Positions 1-12,351 of a stretch of DNA of 64,000 nt are shown piece by piece (position 1 is the first letter of the stretch; each line of letters opens with the position of its first letter). Position numbers and translations under genes: made by a program. The stretch is from Octopus sinensis (taxonomy: Eukaryota): positions 15,872,001 to 15,936,000 of the forward strand of contig NC_042997.1 of assembly GCF_006345805.1 (NCBI RefSeq). Direction: 5' to 3'. A model generated the notes under the pieces. It did no database searches, was not told the DNA's origin, and was given only the letters and a program-made list of their open reading frames with translations.

Positions 1-361
1 GATTTTATCGATTTTTTCTGATGGTAAGGTACTGCATGGAAAACTAACGTCAGAATTAAGTTTCTTAGGGTAACATTAAGCTTCACCATGAGTTTGGTGA
101 AAATCGATTGCAAGTTGCGAAAACTACAACGGAAAATGTGTTGCAAATAAAAAGCTTAGATTCTCGACCCCATGTCGAATTTATCAATGTTTTTCAGAAC
201 TGGGGGAACTTTGCAAACTTTTCGCTGCGTTAGTTTTGAATTATGACATTGGGCTATGTGTGTGTCAAGTTTCATCAGAATCGGTTGAAAGCTGTGGTCA
301 GGGTGAGGGTACAACCTGACAGACACACAGACAGACAAACTGCCGTTTATATAGAGAGAGA
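1..361 (-). mobile_element. Non-autonomous Helitron-type element, 5' part (runs off window start)
   Basis: Minus strand begins A|TCTCTCTATATA at 362/361; about 200 bp closely match the 5' part of the complete Helitron at 41729-42112. Confidence 0.7.
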
Positions 362-689
362 TAACTACCAGATCTTTATTTTTTTTCTTCTTAGTAGGAC
401 AAAGCTGAAGGTGAGTGCGATTTATTATTGATGTTATTGTGGTTGGAGTTGCGAATTTATTTCACGTTGTTTTTATTCTGGTTATTGTTGGATTTCTGGG
501 TTTGCTGATTTCTTCTCTTGCGTGTTCGTTGTCGCTTCGTTTATGTGTTCTCTCTTTGTGGTTGTTTGAGGAGATATTGGAATTGATGGTGTATTTTTTT
601 GCCGTTGTGGATTTAGCATTGTTTGGCGTCCATGTGTTACTCGTGCTGTATTGTTTTTTGTTCTTTTTTTTTATTTAGTTTTTCTTTCT

Positions 690-1089
690 TTGCTCTTTGC
701 TCTTTTACTTGTTTCAGTCATTTGACTGCGGCCATGCTGGAGCACCGCCTTTAGTCGAGCAAATCGACCCCAGGACTTATTCTTTTGTAAGCCCAATACT
801 TATTCAATCGGTCTCTTTTGCCGAATCGCTAAGTGACGGGGACGTAAACACACCAGCATTGGTTGTCAAGCAATGCTAGGGGGACAAACACAGACACGCA
901 AACACACACATACATATATATACATATATACGACAGGCTTCTTTCAGTTTCCGTCTACCAAATCCACTCACAAGGCATTGGTCGGCCCGGGGCTATAGCA
1001 GAAGACACTTGCCCAAAATGCCACGCAGTGGGACTGAACCCGGAACCATGTAGTTGGTTAGCAAGCTACTTACCACACAGCCACTCCTG
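690..1089 (-). mobile_element. tRNA-headed SINE family A
   Basis: Reverse complement has head GGAGTGGCTGTGTGG (A box) ... GGTTCAGTCC (B box), CORE-like CCTTGGGCAAGTG, internal (TA)/(GT) run, tail GGCGGTGCTCCAGCATGGCCGCAGTCAAATGACTGAAAC; more than 10 copies in window. Confidence 0.9.
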
Positions 1090-1850
1090 TTTGCTTTTCT
1101 GTGGTTCATCCTCCTCACCACCAGAAGTATGGTCGGAAAACTCCACCTCGGACGGGAGCGAGAACACATTTCTTGAGCGTACATATCTGCATTTGTACTT
1201 GTAATAGGGAACGAACAGGGGCAGATGGCGACAGAGTGCTGGGTTGGGATATCTCCTGGGTAGTGATTATTTTGTTGTACTCATTATTTTCTGCCTTCTC
1301 AGTTACCTCTACTGATGAATTTGATGTTGATGTTGTTGATGCTGCTGTTGCTCACTTTTCTGCTGCGGTCGTCAGTGTCATCGGTTTTTGCTGTTAATGT
1401 TAGCACGGATATTGTTACTGTTACCCTTCTTTTGACCCTTGCTATTACTGTTGCATCTGCTTCTGATATGGCACACTGTTGCTCTTGCAACAATGGGGCC
1501 TTCTTTCCCGCTTCCTGTTTCAGTTAGGTGGGTAGAAAGCTCGGAGATGGTCAACGAGACATATAGGCTCCCGGCCCTTCACAGTTACTCCTAGACCCAC
1601 CCCCCATTCAGCGGGGTAATGAAATCTAGGATGCTTTTCAAATGCCCGAGCTTTGCCTAGAAAGGACCTCCAATGTGGTCCCAAACAATTATACTGTTTC
1701 CTTCACTTTACATCCAGTAAAGTTTCACTCCCTCCAACACTAAGCATGCCAATATCCACCAGAGATTTATCTCTGGTGGATATTGGCATTCTAGACTCGC
1801 CAGAAGTTGTTGATGATCTAATTGTGTCCAAAATTATTATCATGAAAAAA
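1090..1850 (-). pseudogene. Possible LINE ORF1-like remnant
   Basis: Broken frames with segments such as VTVKGREPIC.. and a low-complexity T/N/S linker, reminiscent of Tx1/L1 ORF1; many stops; motif match weak. Confidence 0.3.
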
Positions 1851-1950
1851 TGTAAAATTATGTGGAAAAAAAGTTATTATATTAAAAAGTAGTACATACA
1901 TGAATTGCTAACAAAAAAGTTAACAACCTTATTACCTATCGTCCTTTTCC

Positions 1951-3068
1951 TTAAATAAGTGAGGGTGAGGGCGAAGTTATCACTGGGTGGTTGACCACTG
2001 AATGTTGTATTGCGAGGGCTTCAGATATAAATACGGCTTCAACCCCACCAAACAACTTGCTCGAATATTCTGCTGAACATTGAGGAGAGCCCGTTCTAAT
2101 TGTGCGTTGGTGGTCGTCTCCAGGCGACAAGCTGTTAAATTCGTGTAGTGATATAGAACAATCTTTCGAGCATTTGCAGCTAGAATTATCTAAAGCCACA
2201 TGTTTTACCCACATGTTTAGCTTCCTTGTGAAGGAAATTCCAGCGAAGAAACCCTTGCTGTTACTTTTGTCGTCCTTGCTATCGTTATTACTTACTATTT
2301 GTGTGGTGATACTTTTGTTTCTGCTGTTACAAACAGGAAGCACTCCGTCGGTTACGACGACGAGGGTTCCGGTTGATCCGAATCAACGGAACAGCCTGCT
2401 CGTGAAATTAACGTGTAAAGTGGCTGAGCACTCCACAGACACGTGTACCCTTAAAGTAGTTCTCGGGGATATTCAGCGTGACACAGAGAGAGTGACAAGG
2501 CCGGCCCTTTGAAATACAGGTACAACAGAAACAGGAAGTAAGAGTGAGAGAAAGTTGTGGTGAAAGAGTACAGCAGGGATCACCACCATCCCCTGCCGGA
2601 GCCTCGTGGAGCTTTAGGTGTTTTCGCTCAATAAACACTCACAACGCCCGGTCTGGGAATCGAAACCGCGATCCTACGACCGCGTGTCCGCTGCCCTAAC
2701 CACTGGGCCATTGCGCCTCCACGCTGTTACAAACTATTACTATAGCGTTGGCAGTAGACTTCTCTCTCCATCTGGAAATTCTGCGAGCTTCTTCATTTGA
2801 CAAGTCATTGTTCTTGCTGTTGTTATTGTTGTTATTGTTGTTGTTAATACTATTGTTACTGTTAATGTTATTGCTACTGTTGCTGCTGCTATTACTATTT
2901 GGTCGACCTGTAGAAACGAAGCCATTTTGAAAATATTTCTTTTCCAAAAAAGTTCCTTTCTTTTTAAAAATTGTGCCCTGCATCGAATAACAAAAACAAT
3001 GTATCAGTCCCTTGTGGTTCTTGTAAACCCAAAAGCTCAGACCAATAAAAAACAACAAAGAGAAGCCT
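1951..3068 (-). CDS. Candidate terminal coding exon of a single-pass membrane protein, interrupted by a SINE
   Basis: ORFs 2696-3076 and 1951-2343 join in frame (shared VCNS = the SINE target-site duplication) into 241 codons when the SINE is removed; strong acceptor GTTTTATTTTTCTTGTTTAG at 3070/3069; hydrophobic GFSLLFFIGLSFWVY followed by KNHK. Confidence 0.55.
2335..2722 (-). mobile_element. tRNA-headed SINE family B1
   Basis: Head GTGGAGGCGCAATGGCCCAGTGG...GGTTTCGATTCC; exact 12-bp TSD GCTGTTACAAAC at 2323-2334 and 2723-2734; near-identical copies at 26201 and 41326. Confidence 0.92.
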
Positions 3069-3152
3069 CTAAACAAGAAAAATAAAACACAAACTCACGG
3101 AGCTTCCAAAACCCATCTAAATTCTTTGATAAAATGTTTATAACAATAATTG

Positions 3153-3674
3153 ACCCTTATGGCTTCTGATCATAACTTACTGAAAGTGTTATCACGTACA
3201 TGTTTTGTCTTGGTATAAAAGATGGGCTACAGCAAATATTCTGCTCAATACCACATATTTGCTTGTCAGTTGTTTGACCGTAACCTGTTGAGCTGCTAAG
3301 TGATTGACGATATGTGAATCTCTGATCACGAGCAGAAGTAGTGGGGGAGCATCATAGCCATGTGTTGAGAGGGATTCCTTAGAGTTTGAATAATTCACCC
3401 CTAGATACATGGGTGTTTCGTTCGAAATCTTTAAACACACTTTATTCAGGTACCTTTTGAGTGGAATGAGCTACTCGACCTGAAGACAATTCTAACTGGG
3501 CCTCACTTGCAAGTTCATGCACTGTTTACTTTGATATGAGGTCACCATATTGCGCACCTATGGTTGTGATGCATGTGCCTGCAGTACCCTTATCAGATAG
3601 GTAGTCATCATGGGTATATTGGGCTTCATATATTTTTATCCCAGTGTCACTTTGATGGTATGCACGGCTGTCTC
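3153..3674. mobile_element. (AAT)n-associated ~580-bp interspersed repeat (family D)
   Basis: Homologous to the three units at 52192-54296; followed by (AAT)n 3675-3799. Confidence 0.85.
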
Positions 3675-3800
<126 letters not shown>

Positions 3801-4923
3801 CGGTGAGGTAGAATAAAGCGTAATGCAATATGCTTAAGCATTTAGCACTCGAACCAAATATAATTAAGCGACCCACGCAAGGGAAAAGAGACGATATGTG
3901 TAAATTTCGTGCTTGCCCACACTTGGAAAAATTCCTTAGGCAAGAAGGTCCTCTCTTTTGTGACACTTTTTTCATTTACTGATATTAACTCATGTCTAGC
4001 ATTCGCATTCAACTTACAAATTTAGCAAGAGTTCGGTCGTCTTCGTTGTTTCCTTGTTTTTGTAATTCAATTTCATGTTTTTTGCCACTTTATTATTATT
4101 TTCACGTTGTGATTACAAATGCGTACATTAAAAACTATATTTACTTAACTGTTTCTACTGTTTTTTAAAGCAATAATTCGTGGGACATATTAATAGCTAC
4201 CACTGCTGTGGTTAGCTTCTTCTCTATCAACTACGAAAGTACCCATTTTAGAACGAAATAGACATAATAAATGGCTGTAAATATAAACAAAATATAAACA
4301 CGATTATAAACAATACTTAGATGGATCTATATTCTATCACAATTAATAGAGAACGTGTTTATACATACTTAGCCCTCTTGTTGCTTAATTGAACAAAGAA
4401 AATATTCATCCAGATATTCTTTATGAACCACTGTCAAAGCGGAACTTTGTAAACTCATGCGACCCCAATGCTTAACTGGTGCTTTATTTTACTGACCCTG
4501 CAAAAATAAAAAAGCAAAGTTGACTTCGACGACATTTAAACACAGTTGAAAGGTGTGAGAGCTCATAAGGAGGAAACAAAATAATTTAAACGTGTACACG
4601 CTACAGCATGACCTTAACCTTAACGCCTAACACAAAATAAAGAACCAGTCTGATCTTTTGCTATTTCTTCCATCCCACCACTTAGTTTTCTCTTCGAAAT
4701 ATTTGCTTCCTACATCTATAGGAAACATGAGAAGAGGGAAGATATGGCATTCATGGCTAATTCCGAAATATTGTAGAATCTTACAAAATGTATGTGTCAA
4801 TCATCCCGGTAATTAGTGGGTAAAATATCACTCTAGTGGTGTGAAAAATCTAAAGGCAAGAAGCAAGAAAGGCAACTACAGTGATATCAGCTGACTGAAA
4901 TTTTTACACAATATGGAAAATAC

Positions 4924-5231
4924 GTGGAGGCGCAATGGCCCAGTGGTTAGGGCAGCGGACTCGCGGTCGTAGGGTCGCGGTTTCGATTCCCAGACCGGGC
5001 GTTGTGAGTGTTTATTGAGCGAAAACACCTAAAAGCTCCACGAGGCTCCGGCAGGGGGTGGTGATCCCTGCTGTACTCTTTCACCACTCTTTCTCCCACT
5101 CTTTCTTCTGTTGGCCTGCTCGCTTAGCCAGCGGGGTGGCGTCATTCGAAGGCTAAAAACAATGCGAACGCATTGTGACCAGCGATGTGTAACTACATCT
5201 GATGGACTGGTCGGTCACGTGATCACGTGAT
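4924..5231 (+). mobile_element. SINE family B2 (B head, different tail)
   Basis: Same tRNA-like head as B1; tail GGCCTGCTCGCTTAGCC...GGTCACGTGATCACGTGAT. Confidence 0.88.
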
Positions 5232-6737
5232 GTAAAATACAGGTTGGTGAGGATCTGGTCTTGAAATTTAACTAAAGAGAGCGACAGGCATGTTTCAGCT
5301 TTATTAGGCCTTATAATAGAAGCATATCCAACTCAGTGGGCAAGACTTGGAGACGATCAGTATATATATATACACACATACACATATGTATGTATATGAG
5401 TGTGTGTATGTGTGTATGTGTGTGCATATGTGTGCGTGAATAGAAGGACAGTGGTGAAGCTGATTGTAAATAACAGCAATAGTGCTGAAGGAAAATAACT
5501 GAACAATGATTAAAGGAAGCTAAAGGAAATTGGTTCATCCTAGAACCGAAATGTAGTTGTAGTACAAACACTGTTTTCTCTCTCTCTTCCAATCTTTCCC
5601 CTCTTCACAATCCTCCCTCTCTTTCTCTCGCTGGGGAGACCATTTTGTTCGGCCTCAATTTAATATTGCTGTAATTTGAGTAAAGATTCAATTATAACCT
5701 GCAATGTTTGTGTTTTGGAGACCAGAAGGCTGAAGAATGGATCCTCAAGTCGGAGATCTGACCCGAAATGCTTGCAGCAGACTTGAAATAAATACTGCAA
5801 AGCATCCAGTCTCACGTTCCTACAAGCCGGTGAATCCACCGTCTTAAACTGCTGCAGTTTTTTTTCTTCTTTTTTTCCCATCACTAAAGGATGAAAAACA
5901 AAGTTGACCTCGACAGTTTTGAACTCGGAACACAGCCAGTCGAAACAATTACCACGAGGAATTTCTATCCAACATTCTTACAACTCAATCAATTCACTGC
6001 CGGTCAAAGAACAGTTCCGATTTTGAAATCAACCAAAGGTAACTTATAATTGCTCTAAAGACGATTAACGATCGTCTCGGTAAACTTGCTGCCGAATGTA
6101 AAAGATAAGCAAAGTCGAACTTACATGGAGTCACGCTCAGTACTTAAGCAATTTAAACGAATTACTTTAAAGTACACAGCTCATTAAACCAGCTATCATT
6201 ACACTCATTTTATTGTCATAACTCACTTGCTTCCACTGAACAAACATAAAATAGCAATTCTAAACCCATAAACAAACTGAATAAAGCTTCAGAGACATTA
6301 TGTCATCAAATAAAAACAGAATCCGTTAAAAGATCTCATATCTGAACTCAAATTTATCAGACGTATTTCTTAATGTAGATTTAATATATCTTAAGATTTC
6401 TCTTATTTAATACAGCTCTTCATAGTACATTATTTTGATATTTGGCAACTTAAGACATTTAAGACTAGCTCTTTAGAGTTATATTGCTTTAACCTAGTTG
6501 TAATGTGGTGAACCGTGTCAACTAGTTATAAGGAATGACACACTGCATCGACTTGGTCATATGTAACAGTTCGTGTATTGTTTTATTGTAAAGTCACGAG
6601 TCACCGAATGAGTTGGGTAGGGGGGGTTCTACGCGGTCATTCGATCTGCTAGTAATGGCAACTAAATTTCCCTCAATTCGCACTCTACCGTCTTCAAAAA
6701 AAAAAAAAAATAAGGAGGGTGGATATATATATATATA

Positions 6738-6793
6738 TTTTCTATCTAGTTTCAGCTCACGAGCTGTGGCCATGCTGGGGCACCGCCATTTGG
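6738..6793 (-). mobile_element. Very short 3' end of the CR1-type LINE seen at 47707-48085
   Basis: Reverse complement CCAAATGGCGGTGCCCCAGCATGGCCACAGCTC-GT-GAGCTGAAACT matches the tail at 48011-48056. Confidence 0.7.
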
Positions 6794-7737
6794 AGAGTAT
6801 AATTCCTGATATACAAATAAGTTAAGGCCATATTTGACCCGGAACTAAGCAATAACAACAAGAACGAGAACGAGAAGAAGAAGAAGAAGAAGAAGATCAT
6901 CAACAACAACAACAACAACAACAATAATAATCTCAAAGAACAATATTAGTGCATTGGAAAGGAGCATCGTTTGTTGACTACAAGACATAGTACGATAGCG
7001 GAGCAAAAGAACGAGTTTCTACTTATTTTCGTGTAAGCATTTCTGTGACAAATAAGAAAATACGAAATCCCACCCAGTACTGAACAAATGTACAGTATTT
7101 GGCAGTACTCGGAGCATGCTTAAGCGTAATCTTTTCTTGTTTGCTTTAGTAATAGCTTTATTGATTTAAGCCCTAAAACGCTCTGTTGGTAAAACAAGTC
7201 AATAATATAAAAGAATTTATCTATATTTATGTTTACATAAGCGTATACACATACATACATACAAACACATACACATACACACACATATGTATGCGTATGT
7301 GTGTGTGTATATGTGTGTGCATGTGCGTGTGATTGAATGAAGGGTGAGAGAGAGAAAAAAGAGAGATAGATATGGAGATAAATAGAGAGAGAGAGAGGGG
7401 GAGGGATAGAGAGAAAGCGAGAAACAGTGTATGAATATTTATATATATTTTGACTTGTTGACATTATTTAATAAGATTTAATAAGAAAGGGATTTAAGTG
7501 CTAATAGCTTTTGCAGTTACTAGCAGCGCACTCTCAGTGAGCTATAGTATACACAGTGGGCAAGAACTGGCTAATACATGCTGATTCTGTTACATGTTAG
7601 TGGAGCGGGCGACCAGTAGGTGACCAAAGAGTGATATATCTCTGCGTATTTGAAGTGCTACTTCGGAGCATTTGGTAGACATCAGAGGTCATTACCTCTC
7701 CTGAGCTTATCCGCCCTTCTTGAAAACCTCGAAAGTT

Positions 7738-8372
7738 TGTCCGTCACATTAATAGATGATTCATCTAGTGTAGAAGAAATGATGTTGGCCACAACAAGGT
7801 CGCTCTCCGGCCCTAGGAGTGGACGAGATTTCGGCAGAAGTGTTGGAAATCGGAGTGGAATCACGGTAAATTTGTCTGTCACATTAATGGATGATTCACC
7901 TAGTGTAGAAGAAATGATGTTGGTCACAACAAGGTCACTCTCAGGCCCTAGGAGTGGACGAGATTTCGGCAGAAGTGTTGGAAATCGGAGTAAACCCATA
8001 AAATATTTTCACTAGTTGATGCTGGAATCTTGGTAAATTTGTCTGTCACATTAATGGATGATTCCCCTAGTGTAGAAGAAATGATGTTGGCCACAACAAG
8101 GTCACACTCAGGCCGTAGGAGTTGACGAGATTTCGGCAGAAGTGTTGGAAATCGGAGTAAACCCATAAAATATTTTCACTAGTTGATGCTGGAATCTTGG
8201 TAAATTTGTCTGTCACATTAATGGATGATTCACCTAGTGTAGAAGAAATGATGTTGGTCACAACAAGGTCACTCTCAGGCCCTAGGAGTAGACGAGATTT
8301 CGGCAGAAGTGTTGGAAATCGGAGCAAACCCATAAAACATTTTCAGTAGTTGATGCTGTAATCATGGTAATC
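7738..8372. repeat. Tandem array of 4 units (periods 135, 167, 167 bp) derived from RTE coding sequence
   Basis: GTCACATTAAT recurs at 7743, 7878, 8045, 8212. Confidence 0.9.
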
Positions 8373-8989
8373 TGAGGATGTCACACACAGCTGGAAGAAT
8401 GCTTATTCAAGAATGATTATAGAAGTGAATACAGGGATTATTGGGGAGTTTCCCTACTTGCTATTTTCAGGAAGATGCTAGTAAATATGTTGCTCAATAG
8501 AGAAATCCGAGAGAAATCCTAGAAGTTCCAGCTGAAACCCAATGGAAATTTAGAAGAAACGATATGAATATCTTAATTGCGACACCCCAGTATGGCCACA
8601 GCCTCCGACTAAAACCGATAATAGATTCCAGGTTCAGTCTCACTACGTGGCACCTTGGGCATGGTATTCAATGTCCTTCAGATGTAACAAAACAAGGTAC
8701 TGTTTGTGATTTTCATTGACTTTACGAAAGCAGTCAAAGCTAATAATTCAGCTGAAGTTTCGGACGCCAGAAAAAGTTAATCGAATATATTTGAATACCT
8801 TCAAAATGATAGAAGAGCCCAAATTATGCAGTTGAATCTCAGTTCTGCGCAGTTTCATATCATAGTGGGCTTCAAGAAGGGCTGTGTACTTGCGTAAACA
8901 TTATTTTCGCTTTGACAGCGATTTTTCGAAGAGTCATTCTATAGATCTGATATTAAATTCATTAAAGAATCAAACATTAAAGCTTAGAC

Positions 8990-9238
8990 CAGTGGTTCTC
9001 AACTGGGGTCCATATGGCCTTTGGAGGTCCATATAAGATTTTATTGTTAAAATTTATATCCATTAATACGCCTACAATGCACAAAACCTTTTAATAATAT
9101 TTCTAGACAATTCCTAATATTTAATTGCAAAAATGTAATTGGATGTTTTTTTAACAGCAATTGACTAGGGACCTCCACCCGAGTAAAATAAGAATCAAAG
9201 AGATCCCTAGGTAAAAAAAATAAGGTTGAGAAACACTG
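8990..9238. mobile_element. hAT-type MITE
   Basis: 14-bp TIRs CAGTGGTTCTCAAC / GTTGAGAAACACTG; 8-bp TSD GCTTAGAC / GTTTAGAC. Confidence 0.85.
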
Positions 9239-9520
9239 GTTTAGACTAACACTAAACATATTTTAGTGAGAAGAATACAGTTTACTGATGATCGTGTACA
9301 GATGGAATGCAACGCCGGGTAACGCTTTTGGAAATGCAGCCACAAAGTTTAGGTTGAATATTAATATCAAGAAATTCTAACTTAATTATAACACAAGACA
9401 TGTAGTACAGTATGAGTCCTTCAAAATTGAAGATCAGGAGCTGATATAGGTAAGCCACTAACACGAGCAATAATGTTCAGAGAGCAACTGTGGAACAGCA
9501 AGTACGTTATAGTCCGAGTG

Positions 9521-9849
9521 TGAAGGCGCGTGGCTTAGTGGTTAGGGCATCGTCTCACGATTGTAAGGCCGTGAGTTCGATTCCAGGCGACGCGTTGTGT
9601 CCTTCAACAAGACACTTTATTTCATGTTGCTCCAGTCCACTCAGCTGGCAAAAATGAGTTGTACCTGTATTTCAAAGGGCCGGCTTTGTCACACTGTGTG
9701 TCACGCTGAATCTCCCTGAGAACTACGTTAAGGGTACACGTGTCTGTGGAGTGCTCAGCCACTTGCACGTTAATTTCACGAGCATGCTGTTCCGTTGATC
9801 GTATCAGCTGGGACCCTCGTCGTCGTAACCGACGGAGTGCCCCTTCTTC
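9521..9849 (+). mobile_element. Hybrid SINE (E-type head and core, B1 tail)
   Basis: 12-bp TSD ATAGTCCGAGTG at 9509-9520 and 9850-9861; 3' half matches family B1. Confidence 0.88.
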
Positions 9850-10199
9850 ATAGTCCGAGTGAAATGCAAAATTTTCTGAGCAATAATATTATTCAACCTA
9901 TTGCATGGATCGAGGACATAGACATTATACCAGAAACAGACAAAGAAAGAAGAAAAAAAACTGTATGCATTTTTTATAACACACTTGAAGCAAACAAAGA
10001 ATGTCATCCTGAAAGACAAAATCAGGAACATCATTTAAGAGAAAGCCAAGCTGCTTAACATAGAAGAGATACTGATGCAGGGAAATATGCACTCATGAGA
10101 GAATCTCCACCCAAACAAACACTATGCACAACTTGTTAGTGTTGAGAAAAGTCATAGTTTAATAACCCGGCTGAGATACAAGGATATAGTTAAACACAA

Positions 10200-10433
10200 T
10201 AAGGCGGCGAGCTGGCAGAAACGTTAGCACGCCGGGCGAAATGCGTAGCCGTACTTCGTCTGCCGCTACGTTCTGAGTTCAAATTCCGCCGAGGTTGACT
10301 TTGCCTTTCATCCTTTCGGGGTCGATAAATTAAGTACCATTTATGCAATGGGGTCGATGTAATCGACTTAATCCGTTTGTTTGTCCTTGTTTGTCCTCTC
10401 TGTGTTTAGTCCCTTGTGGGTAGTAAAGAAATA
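10200..10433 (+). mobile_element. SINE family C
   Basis: AAGGCGGCGAGCTGGCAG head, core GCCTTTCATCCTTTCGGGGTCGATAAA; 17-bp TSD GATATAGTTAAACACAA at 10183-10199 and 10434-10450. Confidence 0.92.
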
Positions 10434-10836
10434 GATATAGTTAAACACAACCTGAAGTGAATAAGCATTGACACCCACAGTGAATCGAGAGAAAAATCTG
10501 TGCAGTAGAGCGATTCATTTTTTCACACTATGATTCGAGACTCAGAATAAGCACTGTTATATTGATATCGATGGGAAGCCAGTTCTGGTGACTAATACAA
10601 ACACACATACATACATGCATACATACATACATAATACATACATACGTACGTACGAACATACATGCATACATACATCTGCATATGTGAGTGTATGTATGTA
10701 TTATGTGTACACACACACACACACACACACACACGTACACATATGATAATATATTTTAGTCAGTTTGTAATACCTGCGCTATGAAATGTAGACTAATGCA
10801 AATATATTTTATTATTCTTTTCGCACACAGAACAAC

Positions 10837-11130
10837 GAAGGCGCATGGTTCAGTGGTTAGAGCGTCGGACTCAAAATCATGAGGTAGTGAATTCGATTCC
10901 CGGACCGGGCTGTGTGTTGTGTTCTTGAGCAAGACACTTTACTTCACGTTGCTCCAATTCACTTACCTGTAGAAATGAGTTGCGACGTCACAGGTGCCAA
11001 GCTGTATCGGTCTTTGCCATTCTCTTGGTTTACATCGGTGGCGTGGAGACGGGAAGCTGGTATGCATGAGCGACTGCTGGTCTTCCATAAACAATCTTGT
11101 TCGGACTTGTGCCTAGGAAGGGGGGGGGCT
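10837..11130 (+). mobile_element. tRNA-headed SINE family E
   Basis: GGCGCATGGTTCAGTGGTTAG...TTCGATTCC head; homologous to 60903-61232. Confidence 0.8.
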
Positions 11131-11367
11131 TTCCCTTTTTATTATAGAAAAATAAGGATACTGGCTTGACGTGTTCCATGGCTGGCTAACCACTCTTCGA
11201 AGGCGAAGCACTCCTGAAGACTTCTGCTCACAAAAAGAACTTCATATCAATTCTTATCCGAATCCCTCTTAAACATGTATTAAACTGAAATGCCTACTCA
11301 AATTTGCATATAATGCAGTTAGAGCTCTGTCTGTAAGTCTACGCTCTGAAAAGTAAAGGTATGGAAA

Positions 11368-11764
11368 TCTTTATATATAAAAGTCAAGTTGTGTGTCTGT
11401 CTCCTACGATTTAGATTCCTAACTACTCCCACATTTTGCGGTGCAGTTTAACCAAAACCGGGTATCTTATAGTCGTGATTCATATCGAGCCCTTCTGGGT
11501 ATTAGCGCGCGTCTACGATGAGTCTACGATTTAAAAAAAAATTACCATCATTTTTTTCCATTTTAATGCATTTTTCGCTATTATATAAGGGAAGTAACTC
11601 TCTAAAAATGTCTACGATGAGTCAACGATTTAAAAAAAAATTTACCATCGTTTTTTTTTCCATTTTTAATGCATTTTTTTGCTATTTTTTGGCTATAACT
11701 CTCTAAAAATGCTTATATAGTTATTTCCCTTACAAACCCGAGCAACGCCGGGCGATGCTGCTAG
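11368..11764 (+). mobile_element. Non-autonomous Helitron
   Basis: A|TC 5' end, subterminal hairpin CCCGAGCAACGCCGGG, CTAG|T 3' end, no TSD; internal ~98-bp duplication. Confidence 0.88.
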
Positions 11765-11816
11765 TACATCATAAAATTCAGGCGCAACATAGTTGTGTGG
11801 TTAGAAAGTTTCGCAA

Positions 11817-12160
11817 TTTTTACCTCCGTTTTCGCTAAGGCGGAAGTATTGCTTACAGTCGTGTTTGTTTGTTTGTCCGTGGACAAGATATCTCAAGAAT
11901 TGCTGGATGGATTCGGATGAAACTTTCAGGGATGTCTGGCCTCGTGACTGGTACCGGACAAGGATTCTGGATTATTTTTTCCTGCTTTTTTTACTTAGTT
12001 TTTGAGAGCGGTCGGGTTCATTTTTAGTATTCTCATTTGTGAGAACAGTTGAGTTTATTTCAGATATTCTCATTTTCAAAATCCTCTCTAGATAATCGTT
12101 GAGAGGACATTGGTGTTGGTTTGGCGGAGGTTTGCGCTCTCTGAGCGCTCTTGTCGGTTT
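11817..12160 (+). mobile_element. Helentron/HINE (DINE-1-like) non-autonomous element
   Basis: 5' ACCTCCG..CGGAAGT inverted repeat, (GTTT)n, 3' subTIR TTGGCGGAGGT followed by hairpin GCGCTC-TCT-GAGCGC, T-run flanks. Confidence 0.7.
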
Positions 12161-12293
12161 TATACTCAATCATAAAGCACAGGGATTTGGGTGTCTTCCT
12201 CCTTACGGCTGGGCCGACCAACTCCTTCTGTTCGGATTTGTCAAACGAAAACCGTGCAGAGGCTTCCTCTCTCTATTTATATAATCACACACA

Positions 12294-12351
<58 letters not shown>

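Larger units (their letters stand above)
7640..10510 (+). pseudogene. Degraded RTE-clade LINE ORF2, broken by later insertions
   Basis: Colinear RTE-type motifs: GRSP..DEISAEVLEIG, YWGVSLLAIFRKMLVNMLLNR, PAETQWKFRR, FIDFTKA, KKGCVLA, LLHGSRT, KAKLLNIEE, RLRYKDIVKHNLK. Confidence 0.75.

Noticed and set aside
4924-5000. tRNA gene calls at SINE heads (also 2650-2722, 26201, 41326, 10837)
   Set aside because: A and B boxes are present but there is no acceptor stem, and each continues into a SINE body, several with TSDs
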